From Phoronis australis (lineage: Eukaryota > Animalia > Phoronida), in the NCBI GenBank assembly GCA_002633005.1, contig NMRA01000166.1, forward strand, positions 1-64,000: DNA of 64,000 nucleotides, read 5' to 3'. Both the position numbers and the translations under genes were made by a program. Under the pieces are notes generated by a model, which saw nothing but the letters and a program-made list of their open reading frames with translations, was not told the DNA's origin and did not search any database. Of the stretch, positions 38,930 to 50,390 are shown piece by piece (position 1 is the first letter of the stretch; each line of letters begins with the position of its first letter).

Positions 38930-40780
38930 TTTCAATATCAGATTCGTCATTGCTACTCCAGCTTGATTCGGGCTCGCTTGTTTTGTCGTAGTCCATTTCC
39001 TCTACTTCTTGATCGGTTTAGTTTTCTTGTAGAAGACCAGAACGTTCAAAAAGGACATCAGGAATGGCAGATGAACAGAACCATTCGGAAGTAAAGTATC
39101 CATATTATATCTTCCAACCGTAGGTCAGAGGATCCAAACCGTTTCCCGGATCGGCTGAATCAGCTTGACCCCAGAGCATGGCATTATAATGGGCTCGTTT
39201 GAGCTTGCTCAATAGAGTCTTTCGGCAATGAAAACATTTGAAATTATTTTATCAATTACAGTTATTACCTTGTTTTTTTCCGGTCATCTCGATCAATTTC
39301 AAATATCTCGCTTAATTAACGTCTTTGACTCCTCCATTCACTCCGTATAGGATGTATATGAATTCTTCTAACTTTCATTCGTCTGGGACATCTACGCTTG
39401 TTAACTCTAAGAAGAACCGGATAAGTGTCCCAGATGAGTCTTTCATCAGAATTTCGAGAGGCCTTAATTTCCCTTTTCTATACAGTGCTTCTGAAACGTC
39501 ACACCCTGTCATTGCATGCAGACCGGGCAATGATGCAGGGAGGCCATGTTGTATAGACTCTAAAGTCTGGACAATAGTGGTGACGTCTATACGTCTGCGG
39601 CTATTACCAGATCCACAGTCCATTATTACACGTTCGAAAGGCATTTCTCTGCCGCTCTTCACTTGTGTTGCTATCATTCCGATGACAATTACAATAACAT
39701 CTGTGTCAGAAGCCCTAATTAATGCATTGCCATTTGTAAGTGGAAGGTAAGAAGCGTGTCGTCTCCTTCGTAGGAGCCTTACAGATCCCGTGGATGATCA
39801 GCTGCCATGGTATCACAGTGCGAAAGGCGAATGCAGTTGCCGCCATGCGAGATAACAAGTGTTTTCTCCCTAAGAATTGATCCATATCAGTCTTTTTGCC
39901 ATTCTTGTAGGAGGAAGGCTCCCAAACTGTCCTTAAATGTCCCGTTCTGCAACAATGTTTGACTAGTCTGTCTAAGTGTTTGCTCTGGACCATTGATGAC
40001 GAAAGGTTGGTCTTCTGTTCCACGCGATCGCCGTTCAATTCTCTTCAGCGAGAGCGTTTTGTATGTATCAAATAAGACATGGAGCTCCTTACTTGATCTT
40101 GAACAGAGTAGGCTAGAAGGTTTCGGGCCAGATTTCAATGATAAACAATGTTTCCACTTGTCAACAGAAACCAATGCAGCAAGAGTTCCCCATCTATTAA
40201 GGTCACCTCAATCAACGGAACAGGTGTTTCTGAGAAGCCTCCTTGGAAACCCTCAAGTTTACCTTGCAAACTTAACTGACAGTGTAATACTGCTTGAGAT
40301 TAGACTCGATAAGTTGGCTTGTCACGGTGTGTCACTTAATGCGACGAGTGTGGTCTCACTCAAGTACTACCGAATTACCAAGATCATTCCTCATCCGAGT
40401 AAGGAACAATGTGAGACTTATTTTGTAACAGATTAGGACCTTGACGGTCAAATGGAAAATGCAAATTAGATGTATGCTTACGATTTCAGAAGTAAATGTA
40501 ACGCCACTTGATGTTTTCCGCCGACATTTGACAAGTTACCGACTTTTGCTATCTTCAGATGTTCTTGTAGATGTTTTGTAAACAACGACGTCTTCAAGAA
40601 GGCAGGAAAAATAACCTTGGATGAGTGAATGGAAAGTACAACTGTATTGTGGTAGACTATAAGGTAGACACGAGGAAGCTCCGGACATGGTTTTTGCTCT
40701 TTGAGTAGGCTTAGGCTAACATCTATAAGGAATTTCAAAAAAAAAATTAAAAAGCCTCCTACAGTATTATCGCTCATTTA
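38930..40780 (-). pseudogene. Fragmented XPG/PIN-like nuclease-containing transposon gene (AcademX-like)
   Basis: Minus-strand fragments ASDTDVIVI, LPGLHAMTGCDVSEALYRKGK and KLKRAHYNAMLWGQA...DPLTYGWK, broken by several frameshifts and stops. Confidence 0.7.
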
Positions 40781-42184
40781 AGAAAAATCACATTTTCAAC
40801 TTGTTTCCAAAGTGTGTGATTCAAAAGAAGAACGCATGAACCGAATTTGTGATTTTTGTGAAAAATTTGCTCATGAGGTCACATTTTCAATTCATGATCG
40901 TGCATTTTCATCCAATAACTTCAACTTTGTTTCGTTTGTGACGATGAAGATGCTATATTGGTTTAAAAATTGTATTTGTTCATTCCAATCGCTGTTTCCT
41001 TATGTGTTGATGGAGTGACAAACTTGTTTTCACCCTTAAATGAAATCTAATTCTAATATCAAACAGCATACAGTTTAGCCTAACACTCTAAAGGTAAATT
41101 GTTTCCAAATAGTGCCCTTATTCAGGGATATTTTTAGTATCACGACCCGTGTCAATGGCGCAAAAAATATTGGCGCGCTATGTTTGCTTACCTTAGGTCA
41201 ACTGGCGCTTTAAATTTGTGTCGGCAATCACGCCTTGTGTTGTTTTGCCGCGGGAATGATTAGTACCAATTGCAAAACATCCGATCGAAACAAATGACCA
41301 AAATAATAATCTTGCAGTAAGTAAGTGATAGCGGGGCCTAACATACTGTAAAAATAAAAATTCAAATTGTGGATACACGTGATTTCGGTTTACGTTTAGA
41401 CCAATTATTAGCCACAAACAGAAACAGGAGACGAACTTACGCGCGTGAATGATGCCGCCGAAGAAATCACAATTCCTCCTGCGATTCATAGTCGTAATAC
41501 ATTACCTTTTATCGTGGACCCACTTGGACTACCTGTTTTCCATCACACGTCAACCAGTGAAACGCAAGAGATTATCAAGTCCAACATTTATCAAACGAAG
41601 CCGCTCCAGGCGTCTCTTCTAGCTGATAAATTGAAACTTTCCCTCTTCCAACATACCTTTAAGTCATGGTTTGAGAGTTTGGTGAATGTATGCAATTTTA
41701 AAAGATAACACTGACTATTAGACCTATTATTTTTTGTTCTGGGAAACAAGCTCAGGGAACAGGCTCAAAGGAATATTACTTGTATCAAATTCATCCTAAT
41801 AAAACATATAACATAATACTGGACCGGACGTGGAGCGATGGCCATTGATCGTCGACCTACGAATTGGAATCGGCAGACAATCTGCAGATCATCGGCCGAT
41901 TGCCGGCGGATTGAACAATATCGTCTGACCACCTCCATACTTCCTGCGACTGTAAAATCGGCCGGGCGACGGCACAATTTTAACTTTGCCATACATTGCA
42001 CCACTTGGGGTTTCTGATACCAATGTCCTGCCGACGCGCCCGATAATCGCCTGATGGCACTTGACTGTCTTAATGATACAACGATTTTAGCTCGGAAACT
42101 CATTTGTTCAGCGGAACCTTCATTTGACTGTGGCATAGGGTCTCTTGTCCTTTTTGATCCCATAAAAATTGCCTGGTCTTGCCA

Positions 42185-43205
42185 CGGTCGCTTATTTACA
42201 CTCACCTTTTCATTTACTCTTCATAAGAGGTAAAGGGCCTGTAACCCTCATTCACTCCATGTTGGATCGTCTTCTGACAAGTCTCGTTCAGTCTCCTCAC
42301 TATGTTTCACGGTTCTCGATATCATAGTTCCAGTCTTGTGACCGTGGATTGCTTTGATTGGCTACTCACAGACCTTCCATTGGGGGTCAAACAGCAGTCT
42401 GTGAAATGTCGCTAGCTCCCTGCGTGCCGATAGGTGGTAACCAGCACGCAGGTATCACTTAATTTTCTTCGGGATTTTTTTTTACACCGGCGTTTCTGAT
42501 TGGGTGGTCGAATTCTCAACAGACAGCGCTTTACGCAGACAAATTGGCATGACTAATGGAGTAAGTGTAAATGTGGTCTGTTGTACAGACAAACCTGTGC
42601 TTAAAATTCATGTTCAAGAAATGTGAATCCCATAAATTGTGGCTGCGCCTTTTCGGCCGGAGTGCATCTTTCTACTGTCGCTGACTTTTGTTTATGTTGC
42701 TGCCCTGTATTCACACAGTAGGAATGACACACAAGTTACACCAGCCACATGACGGCGTGTTTATTGTACATGTGTGTGCTTCAAGCACGCGGCTAATAAA
42801 CATTACTGCAGAAACGAAATAGTTGCTGCTATGACACTTGACAAGGCTAAAATCCGTTTGTTAGTCAGCCATTTTCTCACTTTGTTATAAAGCTAACCAA
42901 TGACTGCCGAGGTTACATCAACCAGTGATAAAGCGCGTACTATTGCGTGATACATGCGTTCTGACTCGGCACGCAGGGATCCAGCGGGTTTGCGAAATTT
43001 GAAACCGGCTGATCAAAGCAATCCACGCTCGTAAGACCGGCGCTTTGATCTCGAGAACCGCGACACGTAGTGACGAGAATGAACGAGACTTGTCGGAAGG
43101 CGATACAACATCATGGAGTGAATGAGGGTTACAACGCCAGTGGTTACAGAAGCTTTTTCCCTTATGATGAGTAAATGAAAAGGTGAGTGGAAATAAGCGA
43201 CCGAG
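42185..43205. mobile_element. ~1-kb element with ~160-bp terminal inverted repeats
   Basis: cggtcgcttattt.cactcaccttttcatttactc...tgtaaccctcattcactccatg...gacaagtctcgttca is mirrored at 43045-43205. Confidence 0.75.
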
Positions 43206-44108
43206 GGTCATGCTAGACATCGGTATACATGTAAATCTGGATTTCATTCGTCGAGATCGGCTGACCATCGTCTGATTTGTGACCAAGGCATCAGGTGTGC
43301 TGAAGTTCAGGTGTGTATTGTAGTGGTAGCTTGTCACCGTTATTTATTAGGGTTTGTATTACAAACTCACAGAAATCTTCGTGCACGTGGCTGCCACAGC
43401 TTGCTATGAGTAGCTTGCATAATAAAACGTCCACGTTCATATAATACATTAGGGCGGCCACAAAAATATCTAATGTCCAACAGTTCGCATAAATGTTTTC
43501 TATGAAAGCCCAATACAACGGAAACCCAATAGTGTCATTTTGAAATGAATAAAATACTTTATTATCTAGTTGCCGCCAAATAATTATCTGGAAGTAGCCA
43601 GATAATAAAAATATTTTCTTCACTTCAAAATGGCTCTATTCATAACGCAAAGTTGTCGTGAGGACTCGATTGGGACCTCAGGGGTCTCACGCTCCACCGG
43701 CTAAATTGAAAAGGCTTTGTCCAGTCACGCGTTGTGGGTAATAAATCGAGATAATGATACCAACAGCCGACGCGACAAGCAGAACTACTTTCTTTTACTT
43801 CATTTGTGCACTAACTGGAGAAATTTAGAATTAGACTTTTAAACACTATCCGATCTTCAACTTTTTTCGGGAGACTTAAATCTCAGTGTAGTTTGCGCAA
43901 AGACGATGTGCAATTTTTGGAGGTGTATTGACGATGATCAACGTTAAAACGGAGAGCAAATAAGTGCGTAATTGATCATCCAATCGGTAGTTTTGCGAGA
44001 AAGCGACGACCTTGCCGAAATTGAATGACGGAAACCCTTGAAAATCATTATAAGCGAGAAAGAGAAAACAAATATTTTCTGACGTTTAGGCTCATTAACT
44101 TTGAGTAA

Positions 44109-44612
44109 NNNNNNNNNNNNNNNNNNNNNNNNNNNNNNNNNNNNNNNNNNNNNNNNNNNNNNNNNNNNNNNNNNNNNNNNNNNNNNNNNNNNNNNNNNNN
44201 NNNNNNNNNNNNNNNNNNNNNNNNNNNNNNNNNNNNNNNNNNNNNNNNNNNNNNNNNNNNNNNNNNNNNNNNNNNNNNNNNNNNNNNNNNNNNNNNNNNN
44301 NNNNNNNNNNNNNNNNNNNNNNNNNNNNNNNNNNNNNNNNNNNNNNNNNNNNNNNNNNNNNNNNNNNNNNNNNNNNNNNNNNNNNNNNNNNNNNNNNNNN
44401 NNNNNNNNNNNNNNNNNNNNNNNNNNNNNNNNNNNNNNNNNNNNNNNNNNNNNNNNNNNNNNNNNNNNNNNNNNNNNNNNNNNNNNNNNNNNNNNNNNNN
44501 NNNNNNNNNNNNNNNNNNNNNNNNNNNNNNNNNNNNNNNNNNNNNNNNNNNNNNNNNNNNNNNNNNNNNNNNNNNNNNNNNNNNNNNNNNNNNNNNNNNN
44601 NNNNNNNNNNNN
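44109..44612. other. Assembly gap (N run)
   Basis: Run of N. Confidence 1.
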
Positions 44613-44999
44613 TTCTTGAAATGTGGCCCATAATGTACTTTTCCTGGTAACAAATGATGCACTCATGTTTCAGAATGTTCCTATCTTGTTCAGGTTAATT
44701 GGGTGTTTCAGATTTTGGAAGTAATTGATTTTCTTGGGAAATCTTGGATAACATCTGTATCACTTTCAGCAACTTCAGCTTTAGTACTACTGTTGGTGCC
44801 TTGAAACGTTGCTATGCCGTTCTATGTCCTTTCAAATTTTTGGTCTGACACTTGGTCTTCTAGTCTACAGCACTCAGCAGTATACTGTGTAGGCTACCAG
44901 GACATGCAGATGTTTTCTGCACAAACGTTTGTGACACCTCTTCTTCTTTTGATCTACTGATCTACAGAGTTCCACAGTCAATCAGCTTTCGTCAGGAAG

Positions 45000-45350
45000 C
45001 TCTCCTAAGCTTCTTTAGGCTCTGACATCACAATTTTGTGCTGTTTGATAAACCTTGAATTATAAAGGCATCACACTCAATGGGAGCAGCCATATTGAAG
45101 TAACTAAGCACAACAATACAATCTGGCTATCTGATTGGTCAATTCAATAGAAAAGCGCCATCAAGTGGCAGGAATCTGCATCATATTTGTGCAACAAAAA
45201 CACCTTTTTTTAAAAAAAATGTGCAAGTGTAGACGTGGGAACTTTTTGGAATTTGATTTATGGGTATATTATCTAGCCACATAGAAAAAACTAGGTTGCC
45301 CCCCCAAAGTACTCACAAGGGTGAACGCTATGAGATCTGGCCCACCGACT
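45000..45350 (+). repeat. Dispersed ~370-bp repeat, copy 2
   Basis: Colinear with 24700-25073. Confidence 0.75.
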
Positions 45351-45724
45351 ATATTGGGCTTCCGTAGTTTCCGTGCGGCATCAATATACATGTATGCTTA
45401 AATTACTCGAATTTGATTGTGATCGTCGAAAGTTGTGTAGTTGCCTTTTTATTATTTCTCTTTTAGTAACGTTACTTGGAAAAAAAACATCAATATTTTT
45501 CGTATTTGCCATTGTATCAACTCCGATAATTTTCTTTATGCTTTTGTGTTTGCCAAACGTTCGCTACTAGCTTGTAATCCATTCTTGATATTTTTGTTTT
45601 TGGGCCCGTAACTTCATATTGCGGTGCTTTGCAAGAAAATGTTTGGTAATTTTCTCTGACAACGGCAACTGTTACTTACATGCACTTCATCTCGTAAATA
45701 GTTGACAGATGCTTTTTGAACGTT

Positions 45725-46003
45725 GAAAGTCTAGTAAACTATTCAGTGCATGCGAGTCTGCGGAAGGTAAAAAAGAGTTGAATGATTACTACAATGCAGT
45801 TCAAAATTTATTGAATGTTAGTCTAACCAACCATTCAAAAGTCTAACTGATATCAATGAGCGTACAGTCTGAAAACTATTCACGGCTTTCGAGTCAAGAG
45901 AATGTAAAAAAGAGTTGAATAAATACTACATTGAAGTTCGAAACTGAATGAGTATTAAGCTAATCAACGTTTCTAAGTCAAAGTGACATCAATGAGGGTA
46001 CAG
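45725..46003. repeat. Two-unit ~140-bp tandem duplication in the putative 3' UTR of the peptide gene
   Basis: gtaaaaaagagttgaat...actaca...atcaatgag.gtacag occurs at ~45767-45868 and again at ~45904-46003. Confidence 0.6.
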
Positions 46004-46331
46004 AGAATATAAAAATCATTCAGGTTAATTTTCCATTGAATAATACCATGCTTGAAGTCTTCTCGTTTTGCCTAAATTTTACATCCATTTTAGTAATAAA
46101 ACTTAACATCCAAGTTGTCCTTGAAGCCCTTGAACTCAGAGACAGCTAGGCGAGGACTGCAATCGACGTATAAATGGGTTTGCATTTGGCGAGCTTGGAA
46201 TTGCAGACGGTAAAAGGCCGGGGGTGGGTCAAAGTGTTTTATATTTAAACTTTAGTTCATCGGAATGTTCTACACTAAACTTTAGCTCATTTTGCTAATC
46301 GGACAAACTTCTAGCTGGTTTCTCTTCGATG

Positions 46332-47126
46332 TTAATTTGGATATAGCTTCTTTCCGAGGCGAAATCGTTCACAACCGAGTGCACCGTTACAAGAGTAGTT
46401 CTTCCTGCACTCGATTGCGGTGGAGCATTCATCTTTACTCGGACTTCCAATGAAAACTATCTTTTTACCAATACTGAGTCTGCGAGATCGCTTCTTGCTT
46501 GTGTCAAATCGTTCGCAACCGAGTGCATTTTTACAAGAATAATTTCTCATACACTCTTGCGCGGTGGAGCATTCATCTTTACTCGGACTTCCAATGAAAA
46601 CTATTTTTTTAGCGATACTGAGTCCGCTTGATCGTTTCCTTCTTGTACCAAATCGTTCATAACCGAGTGCACTCTCAGAAGAGTTGTTCTCCTTGCACTC
46701 TCGTGAGGTGGAGCATTCATATTTGCTAGGACTTCCGATACTGATTCCACGAGGATTACTGGCAGGCACTGCCGTAATTTTTTTCACTATATATGGGTCT
46801 CGTTTCAAGAAAACTTCGTTGCTTTTTCTGTTGAAATGATGAGGCGCTTCATATTGACCTGCTACTTCCGCGACTTCATGACCAGACGACGTCAAGCTTA
46901 TTGTCTTCCAGGCTGCTTTCTCGCAATGCTTCTTCAAACGACTAAATAACCTCCACGTCAGTGGGCGAGATGGTGAGATTTCAAGACTTACGCGATTAGT
47001 TTCGCTTTGGTCACCGTCATTCAAGATGAAGTTCCTACCAGGCACCAAGTTGGTACCATCAAAAGCCAGATGGAATGGTATCAAAAAACTGACGATGGCT
47101 ATGGAAGTTAAAGCGAAAATGGTCAT
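46332..47126 (-). CDS. Secreted multi-copy Cys-rich peptide precursor (264 aa), family unknown
   Basis: Uninterrupted 795-nt ORF with a hydrophobic N-terminus (MTIFALTSIAIVSFLIPFHLA). Three units at a 144-nt period are bounded by KK / KKR / RRKR. Cys spacing is C-x5-C-x5-C-x5-C, and the last unit ends ...RFRL-G-KK. A homologous paralog lies at 36273. Confidence 0.8.
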   Translation of the reverse strand: MTIFALTSIAIVSFLIPFHLAFDGTNLVPGRNFILNDGDQSETNRVSLEISPSRPLTWRLFSRLKKHCEKAAWKTISLTSSGHEVAEVAGQYEAPHHFNRKSNEVFLKRDPYIVKKITAVPASNPRGISIGSPSKYECSTSRECKENNSSESALGYERFGTRRKRSSGLSIAKKIVFIGSPSKDECSTAQECMRNYSCKNALGCERFDTSKKRSRRLSIGKKIVFIGSPSKDECSTAIECRKNYSCNGALGCERFRLGKKLYPN

Positions 47127-47184
47127 CTTTTTCTGGTACTCTGCGCGCCAGTCACTGTTTCTACTAGAGTTTTAAGAAATACCA

Positions 47185-47197
47185 AACTATATAAATC
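47185..47197 (-). promoter_or_regulatory. TATA-like element of the peptide precursor gene
   Basis: ATTTATATAG lies ~65 nt upstream of the ATG; the paralog has TATTTATAG at the equivalent position (36203-36211). Confidence 0.45.
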
Positions 47198-48060
47198 CAC
47201 AAGACATCACGTGGTTGCCTACGTATCAATTACTTATTTGACGGGTTAACTAATATTAACGTGTACACGCCAAGTTCCACCTTAAGGGTTTAAGGTGCTT
47301 CCGTCCGCAATGTGCGCTCGAACATAAATGAAATATAACACTTGAATGAACACGCGATATCTGAGGTAATTGAACACGACATCCCGCAGATGGCGTATAC
47401 TAAATATATCCTAGAGTTAGATTTCATCTACCTCTTAAACGTGAATTCAAGAAAATGTCGTCATATCTATCAAACTGGACTCCATTTCTTACCATGATAG
47501 CACCAGTTTCAACATTTAATGATAGTGACTAAATTTAAAGCGGCTTTAAACCAGAGTCAAGGTTTGATTTCAGCATACCATTTGCTGTAACTGGTTTTAT
47601 CCTGTTCATTATTATGGTAGTTTGAAAGTGATCTGTTAGTTCCGTGTCAAAATAAATGTTAAGTAATTAGAAAGAATAGATCCATTTTAAGTAGCCCAAA
47701 ATTTGTGCATATGTACTTTTAAGTCATGGGGTCAGACTTCTTGACATGTACTTTAACGTCAAAATCTATTTTTAAATGGTGTTTACAACTTTGGGTTCTG
47801 AGGTCAAAGTACTGTAGAGATTCTAGAAAATTCTGAGAATAAACTGTAACAGCCAATGATGTGATTGAATACGATCATGTGGTTTTTATTAACCAATCAC
47901 TAAATAAGTAGAATATTATAATGTGGGCTTAAGTCAAAAAGAAATTCAGATGCGCTATAGAGTTGAAGCATAAAGACTTGCTACAGTGTACAGAGGAAAT
48001 TGTACGACAGAGCCATCTCGTGGAAGATTCTAGAAAGGACCTTGGCAAGGGCAAGGGTTA

Positions 48061-48721
48061 GGAGGCACAGAACAGTTCTCACTGGGTTTTGCCCAGTAAA
48101 ACCGACATCATTTGATTTGTCGCCTTTTCTTCACTCTACAAAAACACGATGCAAAGAATGACATGTTTTCAGTTATTTCACATAAAAAGCCCTGCAGATG
48201 AGCGCAGACACTTTATTCTCTCTTGTATTTTTGACCCTTTCAATCCCACTGAAAACCAAGCCAGACTAAGAAAAATAGGGGCAAAAAAGTGCAAAATCGG
48301 AACTTTTCACCCCAAAAACACCACACTTCCCTGCCGATGCACGACTAAAACCAACAATAGGTTCTGAAAGCAAATTTTCTTCAGATTCCGAAAATGTGGT
48401 CCAAAAGTACTGTCAACCAACTAGTTTTTTGGCAATTATGGCTTGTTTGAGGGCTACCTAGAATCGCAGCCAATTTCTCAGTCGCTACCCAGCAATGCAC
48501 AATTGCAACAGGGGGCCGCCATCTTGAAGAAGAGTGCAGCTACAGCCGAGAAAGTGGCTTTTTTATTCTCAGCATATGTTAACAAATGCAAACAAACCAC
48601 ATTCACTGAGCCTACATGCAATGCCCTCCTACAAAATGCCCCCAAACTTGGCCTACCCCAAAATTTTAATATTTTGCCGTGCAAATTGGCCGCGGCCGCA
48701 GCCTAACTATTCCGTGCCACC
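48061..48721. mobile_element. Kolobok-like MITE
   Basis: GGAGGCACAGAACAGTT vs right-end reverse complement GGTGGCACGGAATAGTT; flanks are TTA and TTAA. Confidence 0.6.
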
Positions 48722-49269
48722 TTAAATAAAATCACATTTTCCAAATTTTGTTCAGAATAGTTCCTCTCCACCTGCTGACTTATTTTGCAAAGTAAAAACT
48801 TGAAGCGATGACCGGTTTTGATTTTTCAAGCCGATTGCATGTGCCCATCCAAAAACCGGGATTTTTAAACTAGGGCCATTTAACAGACAAAGACACCAAA
48901 TGCAATGTCTTGCCCTGTTTTGCCCTAAACTGACTTTTGATTGAGGGAATTGGGGAAAATTGATAATTAATTAGAATATGAAAATAACAATAAAACTTTA
49001 ATTTAATTTACATGTAATTTCCTGACCCCACAAGTGGAACATGTTCTCACCAAGGCCCATTGTGTATAGGGGACATATTTATTAGAGTCGATTTGCATAA
49101 CCACAAAAGCACACACAATGTATCCTGAAAAGACACGCAGTTTCACTAGGAGCAGAGGGAGAAGAAAAAGCCAATTTAAAAAAGGACACAGACCCTCCAA
49201 CATGGACCACTGCAGCTCCAGCATGCCAAGGCAGCCCTAGGCAGCAATAGACGGTTGCAGGGCTGTGCG

Positions 49270-50390
49270 TCTCACACATTTCGAAGCTGAGGATGTCACC
49301 TACCTAACTGACAGTGATGCTGCTGCGACAGCTTACAGGTTTAGGCCAAGTACTGAAAAAGAAAGAAAAATTCGTGACAGCAAAGGACTGGATGAGAATA
49401 TCATCATTAACGTGTGTCGCTTAACAGACCTGGTGGGACATGTGCATCAGGTTGCATGCAAATTAGGAAAACTAGAACTAATTGTTGAAAAAAGACTGGG
49501 ACTGTGAGTCTATGCATCATTGCACTGCAGAGTTTGCAAATATAAATCGCCCACTGTGCCACTGTCAGATGAGGTCAAGCAGCAGACGACTGGGCCACCA
49601 GCTGGAGCCTTGAACAGCCAGGCTGTATTGCCTGTGCTAAAGTCAAAAGTGGGAATTGAGGATGTAATCAACATCCCGACATGCTTGAATGTTGTGCCAG
49701 CATCCAATCGCTGCCTGCAGAATAAAATGAATGCCATGAGCCCAACACTAACTTAACTGAACAAAGAACAAATGATTGAGAACCAGCGCTACGTTAAAAA
49801 AGTCACCACTCTGGCTGGCGGTGAAGGTGTTGCAGACGTTCAGTTTGACGTTTCCTACTCTAGTAGGCCACAGGGTGGCTGCGAGAAAGCTAAGCAGAGC
49901 TTCGGTGGACTTGTTGAGCACACAACGACCCGAAAACTTCCACTGGCCCTTGCCACGGCGAACAAACACTGCAGGATTCCCGGGTGCAAGCATGAACACT
50001 GCAGCAAAAACTTCCCAGCTGAGAAATCAATTGCATTAAGTGAACGCACACTGTTACAAGCCAGCCTCATAACAGTGGAAAACAGTGGTGTGGACCTGAA
50101 TATCAGGAGCATTACGACCGATGCCAGCAGCCAAGAAGCAAAGGCCATCCGCGATTTCTACAGTGCCAAAAGAAAAAAAAAACCTAAACACTACAAATGC
50201 TTCATTCACAGACTGAGGCGAATGGAAAAAAAGCGTTAACGAAGCGGACTTGAAAAGTTTGCCCAGGTCACATAACAAGACTTGTTACAAGAGGAAACTT
50301 TCATCTGCTGTACGAGCCAGAGTGCGAAAAGAGCTCATCAACCTAAAAAACAGAAAAATCGAAAGAGATGAATTTTTGCATCACCGGAAA
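49270..50390 (+). pseudogene. DDE transposase remnant (Kolobok/Mutator-like, CxxH type)
   Basis: DVQFDVSYSSR ... KHCRIPGCKHEHCSKNF ... IRSITTDASS ... KCFIH gives two catalytic Asp motifs, a Cys/His insertion and CxxH. Interrupted by stops and frameshifts. Confidence 0.75.

Noticed and set aside
41765-43623. ORFs of 110-146 aa on the minus strand
   Set aside because: No recognisable motifs, and they largely overlap repeat or TIR sequence.
43944-44666. ORFs of 172-240 aa
   Set aside because: Artefacts of the N-gap.
46332-46745. Assignment to calcitonin, asterosap or a named toxin family
   Set aside because: Only the ring size or precursor layout is shared; no recognisable sequence similarity by eye.
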